A stretch of 20,000 bases of DNA from Chiloscyllium plagiosum (Eukaryota), in assembly GCF_004010195.1 (NCBI RefSeq), contig NC_057718.1, positions 74,891,324 to 74,911,323 of the forward strand, in the 5' to 3' direction. Within the stretch, counting starts at the first letter, position 1. The number at the start of each line of letters is the position of its first letter. The notes under the pieces are model-generated. The model made no database searches, was not told where the DNA came from, and was given only the letters and a program-made list of their open reading frames with translations. The position numbers were made by a program, and so were the translations under genes. Positions 10,098 through 18,912 of the stretch are shown in pieces.

Positions 10098-10818
10098 ACT
10101 GCCATGACAGAGTAATAAATGGAGAAATAGCATGATCATGGCAAGTGCAGGGAAAGCCTCTGATAACTGCAAGCACTGGCTAAGTATATAAGTTGAGGGA
10201 TAGGATTTAAGGAGGTGAACATAGAGGAGGTGAACATGGCCCTAGGAAAAGATCGAATCTTGCAAAAAGAGTTCCGATCACTGGAGGGGGAGATCTTATA
10301 ATCAAAATCCAGAACAAGATAGGAAGAGGAGATAAAGGTTGTAGTCTGACAAGAACAATGGAACAAGCTGGAATATCATGAAAAGTAGAAACACTTATGA
10401 TCAAGAGATTTTATTGACTACAACCAAATTAGACAGTAAATTGATAAAAAGAAGACAAACAAAATAGTTGGAAAGCTGGAATTTGATATGCATACCAAGG
10501 TACAAGACATGGATAGCCAGTCTCAAGATAGGGATACATATTTAATAATTTTTTTGAGTTGAAGATTGTGATCAGCACCTCCACAATTTTGACTTTCCTT
10601 CACTCAGCTACCTACTTACATCTGATCTGGACTGTCTGACTTATCTTTTCTCTCCAAGATTTTGAACACTTCCTCTAATCTACTTTTATCTTGCACTTTA
10701 TCTCACAAATTCCTTGTTTTCTACAGGCTTGGAAAACTCCTCTCTCTTGGTAAATACTGATAAAACGTACTCATTTATTTCCTTAGCCATGCTTTTTGCC
10801 CCTACTAATAAATCTCTA

Positions 10819-11002
10819 ATGAAATTAGAAATTGCTGGAGAAGCTCAACAGGTCTGGCAGCATTTTTAGATAAAAATCACAGCTAACGTGTCACGTTCAG
10901 AAATCCACAAATGTTGCCAGGTTTGCTAAGTTTTTCTGAAAATTTCTGTTTTTGTTTCTGATTTCCAGCATCCATAACTCTTTTGAATGGCTTTTATTTA
11001 TC
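10819..11002. mobile_element. Short palindromic Penelope-type non-autonomous insert, degraded, with a 12-bp TSD
   Basis: Imperfect inverted arms lie at 10827-10865 and 10909-10947. The left arm resembles the PLE terminus at 11237-11266 (GCTGGA.AAGC.CA.CAGGTC.GGCAGCA). AATAAATCTCTA occurs at both 10807-10818 and 11003-11014. Confidence 0.7.
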
Positions 11003-11280
11003 AATAAATCTCTATTTTGCTCCAAATGAGACCCCTGGTCTACTTATAGGGATTCTACAGTTTCTCCACCGAAACAAGAATTTCATATTCCACTGTATGC
11101 TTGGTATTAATTTACACAGCTTTATATTGTTTTTGCTTTTCTGATTTCCTTCTTCACTTCTTCGGATTTTTCTATGCAGTCAGATTATTCCTTATATTAT
11201 CACATTATATATGATATTTAATATCTGGATTAGTGGTGCTGGAAAAGCACAGCAGGTCAGGCAGCATTCGAGGACCAGTA

Positions 11281-11318
11281 AAATCGACGCTTCGGGTAAA
11301 AGCCCTTCATCAGGAATA
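11281..11318 (-). ncRNA. Minimal hammerhead-ribozyme-like motif in the PLE 3' terminal region, with a mutated core (GAAG in place of GAAA)
   Basis: The minus strand reads ATTC CTGATGA A GGG CTTTTA CCC GAAG CGTC GATT. Confidence 0.6.
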
Positions 11319-11643
11319 CAGGCAGAGTGCCTGAAGGGTGGAGAGATAAATGAGAGGAGTGTTGGGGTGGGGAGAAAGTAGCATAGAGTACAATAGGTGA
11401 GTGAGGGAGAGGGTGAAGGTGATAGGTCAGGGAGAAGGGTGGAGTGGATAGGTGGAAAAGATAGGCAGGTAAGACAAGTCATGGGGCCAGTGCTGAGCTG
11501 GAAGTTTGGAACTGGGGTGAGGTGGGGGAAGGGGAAATGAGGAAACTGTTGAAGTCCACATTGATGCCCTGGGGTTGAAGTGTTCCGAGGCGGAAGATGA
11601 GGCGTTCTTCCTCCAGGCGTCTGGTGGTGAGGGAGCGGAGGTG

Positions 11644-12465
11644 NNNNNNNNNNNNNNNNNNNNNNNNNNNNNNNNNNNNNNNNNNNNNNNNNNNNNNNNN
11701 NNNNNNNNNNNNNNNNNNNNNNNNNNNNNNNNNNNNNNNNNNNNNNNNNNNNNNNNNNNNNNNNNNNNNNNNNNNNNNNNNNNNNNNNNNNNNNNNNNNN
11801 NNNNNNNNNNNNNNNNNNNNNNNNNNNNNNNNNNNNNNNNNNNNNNNNNNNNNNNNNNNNNNNNNNNNNNNNNNNNNNNNNNNNNNNNNNNNNNNNNNNN
11901 NNNNNNNNNNNNNNNNNNNNNNNNNNNNNNNNNNNNNNNNNNNNNNNNNNNNNNNNNNNNNNNNNNNNNNNNNNNNNNNNNNNNNNNNNNNNNNNNNNNN
12001 NNNNNNNNNNNNNNNNNNNNNNNNNNNNNNNNNNNNNNNNNNNNNNNNNNNNNNNNNNNNNNNNNNNNNNNNNNNNNNNNNNNNNNNNNNNNNNNNNNNN
12101 NNNNNNNNNNNNNNNNNNNNNNNNNNNNNNNNNNNNNNNNNNNNNNNNNNNNNNNNNNNNNNNNNNNNNNNNNNNNNNNNNNNNNNNNNNNNNNNNNNNN
12201 NNNNNNNNNNNNNNNNNNNNNNNNNNNNNNNNNNNNNNNNNNNNNNNNNNNNNNNNNNNNNNNNNNNNNNNNNNNNNNNNNNNNNNNNNNNNNNNNNNNN
12301 NNNNNNNNNNNNNNNNNNNNNNNNNNNNNNNNNNNNNNNNNNNNNNNNNNNNNNNNNNNNNNNNNNNNNNNNNNNNNNNNNNNNNNNNNNNNNNNNNNNN
12401 NNNNNNNNNNNNNNNNNNNNNNNNNNNNNNNNNNNNNNNNNNNNNNNNNNNNNNNNNNNNNNNNN
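11644..12465. other. Assembly gap (822 N)
   Basis: N run. The long ORFs that span it are artefacts. Confidence 1.
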
Positions 12466-13800
12466 TGTAGAGGAGACCGCTTCGGGAGCAACGGATACAA
12501 TAAATGATATTGGTGGATGTGCAGGTAAAACTTTGATGTATGTGGACGGCTTCTTTAGGGGCTTGGATAGAGGTGTGGGGGGAGGTGTGGGCACAGGTTT
12601 TACAGTTCCTGCGGTGGCAGGGGAAAGTGCCAGGATGGGAGGGTGGGTCGTGGGGGGGGCGTGGACCTGACCAGGTAGTCACGGAGGGAACGGTCTTTGC
12701 GGAAGGCGGAGAGTGGTGGGGAGGGAAATATATCCCTGGTGGTGGTGTCTGTTTGGAGGTGGCGGAAATGTCGGCAGATGATTTGCGAAGGTTGGTAGGG
12801 TGGAAGGTGGGCACCAGGGGCGTTCTGTCCTTGTTGCGGTTGGTGGGGTTGGGTCTGAGGGCGGAGGTGCGGGATGTGGATGAGATGCGTTGGAGGGCAT
12901 CTTTAACCACGTGGGAAGGGAAATTGCAGTCTCTAAAGAAGGAGGCCATCTGGTATGTTCTGTGGTGGAACTGGTCCTCCTGGGAGCAGATATGGTGGTG
13001 GCGGAGGAATTGGGAATACGGGATGGCATTTTTGCAGGAGGTAGAGTGGGAAGAGGTGTAATCCAGGCAGCTGTGGGAGTCAGTGGGTTTCTAAAAATGT
13101 CGGTGTCAAGTCGGTCATCATTAATGGAGATGGAGAGGTCCAGGAAGGGGAGGGAGGTGTCAGAGATGGTCCAGGTAAATTTAAGGTCAGGGTGGAATGT
13201 GTTGGTGAAGTTGATGAATTGCTCAACCTCCTCGCGGGAGCACGAGGTGGCACCAATGCAGTCATCAATGTAGTGGAGGAAGAGGTGGGGAGTGGTGCCT
13301 GTGTCATTACTGAAGATGGACTGTTCTACGTAGCCATAGTTGGGCCCATATGGGTGCCCATGGCTACCCATTTTGTCTGGAGGAACTGGGAGGATTCGAA
13401 GGAGAAATTGTTAAAGGTGAGGACCAGTTCGGCCAAACGAATGAGAGTGTCGGTGGAAGGGTACTGTTGGGGATGTCGGGAGAGGAAGAAACGGAGGGCT
13501 TGGAGTACTAATCATGTCAAGTGTCTCCAATAGGCCTAGATGGAGGCCAAGTGCAAACATCTTCAAACATCCCCTTCTCCACTTGCAGCAGGGTGTATAT
13601 AGATCCAGATTAACTTAATTTCAAGTGTTTAATCACCCTCTGACCCACAACGCTGGGGTGGAAGAAAGTCATTCTTGATCCCAAGGGGTTGCCTAAGAAG
13701 ACGTCATATCTCCTAACTTTCATCTATTTATGTGTGGCTGTTTGAAAAACAAACAGATATGGAGCTTAAGGAAGTTAAACTTCCAAATGTGTTTGTATAT

Positions 13801-14572
13801 CAAGGATCAGTTTTGGGACCATTGCTGTTTGTCATTTTTATAAATGACCTGGAGGAAGGGCTAGAAGGTTGGGTGAGCAAGTTTGCGGATGATACGAAAG
13901 TCGGTGGAGTTATTGACAGTGAGGAAGGATGTGTCAGGTTACAGCGGGATATAGATAAGCTGCAGAACTGGGCAGAAAGGTGGCAAATGGAGTTCAATGT
14001 AGCTAAGTGTGAGGTGATTCACTTTGATAAGAGTAACAAAAAGATGGGGTACTGGGCAAANNNNNNNNNNNNNNNNNNNNNNNNNNNNNNNNNNNNNNNN
14101 NNNNNNNNNNNNNNNNNNNNNNNNNNNNNNNNNNNNNNNNNNNNNNNNNNNNNNNNNNGTATGGTAGGAAGATCGTATGAAGAAAGGCTGAGGCAGTTGG
14201 GGCTGTTTTCATTGGAGAAAAGAGGGTTTGGGGGTGACTTGGTAGAGGTGTACAAGATGATTAGGGGTTTAGTTAGGGTTGACCATGAGAACCTTTTTCC
14301 ACGTATGGAGTCAGCTATTACGAGGGGGCATAGCTTTAAATTAAGGGGTGGTAGGTATAGGACAGATGTTAGGGGTAGATTCTTTACTTAGCGAGTCGTG
14401 AGTTCATGGAATGCCCTGCCAGTAGCAGTGGTGGACTCTCCCTCTTTATGGGCATTTAAACGGGCATTGGATAGGCATATGGAGGATAGTGGACTAATGT
14501 AGGTTAGGTGGGCTTGGATCGGCGCAACATCGAGGGCCAAAGGGCCTGTACTGCGCTGTATTTTTCTATAAC
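13801..14572 (+). mobile_element. Well-preserved 5'-truncated CR1 LINE containing a 98-N gap (14061-14158)
   Basis: It reads [60 protein letters not shown]. The tail is GGGCCTGTACTGCGCTGTATTTTTCTA. Confidence 0.93.
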
Positions 14573-14832
14573 TAAGATGGTTTTATTGTATTGATTTGTA
14601 TTGATTTGAAATACACTAATAAACTATGAAAAGCTGCTTTGCATTCAGATCTATGAGTATATCAGAGTATATCAGAATTGGTTATGGTGGGCTTTAAGCA
14701 AAATGGGGATGAATAATGCTGAAAAGAAGAGCGTTTGAAAATCTTTACATGTAATGTGGTTCAAAATGCTGGAATGAAATGAACACAATTTGTGTGGCAG
14801 CAGCAAAGATAGGACATCAAGAATACAAGATC

Positions 14833-15487
14833 AGGAAGGCAAAGTAGGATTAGGAAAAAGGGATAGCGTTGTTACAGGAGGTAGGTTGGGAGGAGGTGTA
14901 GTCGAGGTAGCTGTGGGAGTCGGTGGGCTTGTCGCACATGTCCATGGTTAGTCGGTTGCCAGAGATGGAGATGGTGAGATCCAGGAAGGAGAGGGACGTG
15001 TCCGAGTTGGTCCAGGTGAATTTGAGGTCGGGGTGGAAGCTGATCGTGAAGTTAGTGAACTGTTCAATCTCCTCGTAGGACCATGAGGTGGCGCCGATAC
15101 AGTTATCGAAGTAACAGAGGAACAGGTGGGGGGTGGTGCCAGTGTAGGTGTGGAAGATGGACTGTTCCACGTACCCGACAAAGAGGCAGGTATAGCTAGG
15201 TCATGGCTAGCCCATGGCTACCCCTTTGGTTTGGAGGAAGTGGGAGGACTGAAAGGAGAAGTTGTCAAGGATAAGGACCGGTTCAGACAGGCGGATGAGG
15301 GTGTTGGTGGAAGAGTACTGGTTGGGACGACATGAGAGGAAGAAACCGGGGGCTTGGAGGCCTTTGTCATGGAGGAATGATGTGTACAGACATTGGATGA
15401 CCATGGTGAAGGTGAGGCGTAGGGGGCTGGGGAAACAAAAGTCTTGGAGGAGGTTAAAGGCATGGGTGGTGTCCCGAATGTATAAGG
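14833..15487 (-). mobile_element. Second, more decayed Penelope-like RT fragment
   Basis: It reads LDNFSFQSSHFLQTKGVAMG, EQSIF..PHLFLCYFDNCIGA..FHPDLKFTW..SFLDL..KPTDSHSYLDYTSS. It is homologous to 13000-13505. Confidence 0.88.
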
Positions 15488-16030
15488 AGTAGAAGTTGGG
15501 AAGTTATGTTGCAGTATACAGTACATTGATGAGGCCGCAATTGAAGTATTGTGTTCAATTTTGGTCATCTTGTTATAGGAAAGATGTAATTAAACTGGAA
15601 AGAGTGCAGAGGAAATTGACAAGGATGTTGCCTGGATTCAATGGTTAGTGTTATAGGGAGAGGTGGGACAAGCGAGGAGATTTGATCACGACAGGTATGG
15701 CTACTGTGAATGCACTCAGTCTTTTTCCAGGGTTGGGGAAGTGAGGACTAGAGGATATCAGTTTAAGGTTAGAGGGGAAAGAATAAAAGGGAACCTGAGG
15801 GCAATGCTTTTACACAGAGGATGGTACACATATGGAATGAGTTGTCAGTGGAAGTAGTTGAGACAACATTTAAAAGGCATTTGGACAAATACATGGATAG
15901 GAAAGTTTTAGAAGGATTTGGGCCAAGTGCAAGGAATGAGGTTAGCATGGATGGACACTTTGGTTGGCATGGACCAGTTTGGGCCAATATTGCCTGTCTC
16001 TGTGCTGCAGGGGTCTATGATTCTATGACT
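15488..16030 (+). mobile_element. CR1 3' fragment with internal deletions and tail
   Basis: It reads YSTLMRPQLKYCVQFWSSCYRKDVIKLERVQRKLTRMLPG..RTRGYQFKVRG. The tail ends CTATGATTCTATGA. Confidence 0.85.
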
Positions 16031-16054
16031 CGAAGTTACACAGAGAATAGTCCA

Positions 16055-16257
16055 TAAGTGGAATGAATTTCCCGGTGAAGTGGTGGATGTGAGTATAGTT
16101 ATAATGTTGAAAAGACAATTTGATAAGTACATAAGTAAGAAATGTTGGGAGGGATAAGGACCAAACGCAAGTAATTGGGGTGAGTTTAGTTTGGGATTAT
16201 GATCGGCATGGAATGATTGGACTGAAGGGTTAGTTTGCATACTATATGTCTCTATGA
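16055..16257 (+). mobile_element. Short CR1 3' end fragment
   Basis: It reads WNEFPGEVVD..LKRQFDKY, followed by the 3' UTR GATCGGCATGGAATGATTGGACTGAAGGG...CTCTATGAC. Confidence 0.75.
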
Positions 16258-16399
16258 CATGTTATGGACAGTTTCATGCTGTAAATTTTAGACTTTAATC
16301 TCAGCAAACTAAAGAAACAAGTAGCTGACAAACAAATCACTGCAAAAATATTTGAGAAAATTAATTGGTTTGTTTCATGTCACTTAATAGTTCATGAAT

Positions 16400-16595
16400 T
16401 TAAAAATCACACAACACCAGGTTATCGTCCAACAGGTTTAATTGGAAGCACACTAGCTTTCGGAGCGACAATCACCTGATGAAGGAGCGTCGCTCCGAAA
16501 GCTAGTGTTTTTCAATTAAACCTGTTGGACTATAACCTGGTGTTGTGTGATTTTTAACTTTGTACACCCCAGTCCAACACTGGCATCTCCGAATC
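16400..16595 (+). mobile_element. 196-bp palindromic PLE-derived non-autonomous insert with a perfect 13-bp TSD
   Basis: It has ~70-bp near-perfect inverted arms at 16400-16469 and 16489-16557. The TSD ATAGTTCATGAAT lies at 16387-16399 and 16596-16608. Confidence 0.85.
16473..16507 (+). ncRNA. Minimal type-I hammerhead ribozyme motif with an intact core
   Basis: CAC-CTGATGA(16476-16482)-A-GGAGC-GTC-GCTCC-GAAA(16497-16500)-GC-TA-GTG. Helix I is CAC/GTG, helix II is 5 bp, and helix III is reduced to the AGCT palindrome. Confidence 0.7.
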
Positions 16596-17156
16596 ATAGT
16601 TCATGAATGATAGCTTTGAGGATAATTATCACTTCACAGTTACAGGGTGACAGCTTGCTGATTGCCAGCTTTTTTTTAATTAACCTAAAGATCTGTGGTT
16701 TATTTTTGATTGATGCATTCAGTCAGTGAGGTATTTGACAATCAGTAAATTTATTTTGACAATTAACAGTTATTTGAGGCAATTAGAATTTATTTCCTCT
16801 GAATCTCCTTTGAGATGTGCTTCCTTTGAGAGCTGTGACGCTACAGATGTACACTGGAAACAATTTTGATAATGTGTTATTAATTGCTCTATGACAATTA
16901 ATGGTAAATAAGGATCAACCAATTATTTAGCTCAAAATACATTTCATCTCCCTTTAAAGAGCAAAAAGATAAGCATTTTCTGTATGATGATGACAGCATT
17001 TCAGGGAGGTTTAGTAAGTAAGAGCTTATAGAGCAATTGAATAAAATCTGGAATCTAATTGAGGAAATGTGTTTGACATGTTACTAAGAGAGTTATGATA
17101 GAGTTCTTTGCAGTATATCTAACCACAATCCAATTGAAAGTTGGACCAAATATTAA

Positions 17157-17480
17157 AGAATCCATACATTGCTGAAAGGGGCCATTCAGCCCATCAAGTG
17201 TGCACCAACCTCTGGAGAACATTCCAGCCAGACCCACCCCATCCCGTGACCCTGCATGCAGTTTTACTATTGCTGACCCACACATCCGTGGACTGGCACA
17301 ACTTTTAGCATGGCCAATTCACCTAACCTGCACATCTTTGATCTGTGGAGGAAATTGGATCACCCGGAAGAAGCCATTACAGATACAGGGAGAATGTGCA
17401 AACCACACACAGATAGTCACCCAAGGCTAGAATCAAACCTGGGTCCTTGGTGCTGTGAGGTAGCAATGCTAACCACTCTG
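17157..17480 (-). mobile_element. Older, diverged HE1-like SINE
   Basis: TTTAGCATGGCCAATTCACCTAACCTGCACATCTTTG, GGGAGAATGTGCAAA and TGTGAGG.AGCAATGCTAACCAC match the copy at 9794-10097. Confidence 0.85.
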
Positions 17481-17487
17481 TTAATTT

Positions 17488-18912
17488 TAGAACATAGAAC
17501 ATAGGATATACAGAGAAGTACAGGACCTTCGGCCCTCGATGTTGCGCCGACCTATGGAACCGATCTGAAGCCCACCTATCCTACACTATTCCATTTTCAT
17601 CCATATGCCTATCCAATGACCATTCAAATGCCCTTAAAGTTGGCGGGTCCACTCCTGTTGCAGGCAGTGCGTTCCATGCCCCTACTACTCTCAGACTAAA
17701 GAAACTACCCCTGACATCTGTCCTATATTTATCACCCCTCAATTGTGCAAGCCATCACCATCCGAGGAAAAAGGCTCTCCCTGTCCACCCTGTCTAACCC
17801 TCTGATTATCTTATACGTCTCAATTAAGTCACCGCTCAACCTTCTTCTCTCTAACGAAAACAGCCTCACATCCCTCAGCCTTTCCTCATAAGACCTTCCC
17901 TCCATACCAGGCAACATCCCAGTGATCCCTTAAAGTTGGCGGGTCCACTCCTGTTGCAGGCAGTGCGTTCCATGCCCCTACTACTCTCAGACTAAAGAAA
18001 CTACCCCTGACATCTGTCCTATATTTATCACCCCTCAATTTACAGCTATGTCCCCTTGTGCAAGCCATCACCATCCAAGGAAAAAGGCTCTCCCTGTCCA
18101 CCCTGTCTAACCCTCTGATTATCTTATACGTCTCAATTAAGTCACCGCTCAACCTTCTTCTCTCTAACGAAAACAGCCTCACATCCCTCAGCCTTTCCTC
18201 ATAAGACCTTCCCTCCATACCAGGCAACATCCCAGTAAATCTCCTTGGAACCCTTTCCAAAGATTCTATATTCTTCCTTATACTGCAGTGACCAGAATTG
18301 CATGCAATACTCCAAGTGCGGCTGCACCAGAGTTTTGTTCAGCTGCAGCATGACCTCGTGGGTACGAAACTCAATGCCTCTACTAATAACAACCCTATCA
18401 ACCTGGATGGCAACTTTCAGGGATCTATGTACATGGACACCGAGAGCTCTCTGCTCATCTACACTACCAAGAATCTTACCATTAGCCCCGTACTCTTATT
18501 CCTTTGGTGCTTCCAAAGTGAATCAACTCACACTTTTCCATATTAAACTCCATTTGCCACCTCTCAGCCCAGCTCTACAGTTTATCTGTGTCCCTCTGTA
18601 ACCTGCAACATCCTTCAACACTACCAACAATTCCACTGACCTTGGTGTCATCTGCAAACCCATCATTCTACGCCCTCATCCAGGTCATTTATAAAAATGA
18701 CAAAGAACAGTGGACCCAATACAGATCTTTGTGGTACACCACTAATAATTGAACTCCAGGATGAACATATCCCATCAACCACCACCCTCTTATCTTTCAG
18801 CTAGCCAATTTCTGATCCAAACTGCTAACTCACCTTCAATCCTATGCCTCCGTATTTTGTGCAATAGCCTACCGTGGAGAACATTATCGAATGCATTACT
18901 GAAATCCATATA
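17488..18912 (-). mobile_element. CR1 LINE 3' half (RT to tail) with an internal tandem duplication
   Basis: The (TAGAACA)n tail is at 17488-17505. The minus strand reads [52 protein letters not shown]. Confidence 0.92.
17631..18236. repeat. Near-identical ~300-bp tandem duplication within the CR1
   Basis: 17631-17923 (293 bp) and 17927-18236 (310 bp) are joined by a GAT linker. They differ by one substitution and a 17-bp indel. Confidence 0.95.

Larger units (their letters stand above)
8595..10540 (+). mobile_element. Decayed LTR-retrotransposon pol remnant: integrase core, linker and start of RT (Ty1/copia-type order), interrupted by two SINEs and a G-rich insert
   Basis: Collinear motifs read across frames: KDKIVMVGRVMEKLI..LG (from 8600); FANNK-FREKCEYINI..AES-FQNGVC..VDEMV*KILMD (8767-8905); SYQFVFGRDP (9307-9336); EYLNVLHTGRRSFIKVDISEEF..F.SGDLAYFKRE..MWKG..GSDGK..HG..RMH (9370-9600); WRNSMIMASAGKASDNCKHWLSI (10120-10188); LESW-FDMHTKVQD (10468-10508). 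Confidence 0.7.
11224..13505 (-). mobile_element. Penelope-like element (RT plus GIY-YIG endonuclease), 5'-truncated and frameshifted, containing an assembly gap
   Basis: RT: FLHYIDDCIGA..FINFTNTFHPDLKFT..LPFLDL. Linker and endonuclease: FPCHRRNCKTC..FTCTSTNIIYCIRCSR.GLLY. C-terminus: RRLEEERLIFRLGTLQPQGIN. The 3' terminal region is at ~11224-11330. Confidence 0.92.

Noticed and set aside
10210..10237. Short direct repeat AGGAGGTGAACAT x2 resembling a Shine-Dalgarno site
   Set aside because: It is a local 15-bp-period duplication inside a decayed retroelement in a eukaryotic context.
11192..12949. Long ORFs of 310-585 aa
   Set aside because: They are artefacts of reading through the 822-N gap. 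The real residues are frameshifted Penelope sequence.
14586..14676. Two 10-bp tandem duplications (TTGTATTGAT x2 and GAGTATATCA x2)
   Set aside because: These are ordinary slippage-type micro-duplications with no further structure.
16400..16557. miRNA precursor, terminator or CRISPR-like hairpin
   Set aside because: The TSD and hammerhead core are better explained by a PLE-derived insert. There is no repeat-spacer array and the context is eukaryotic.
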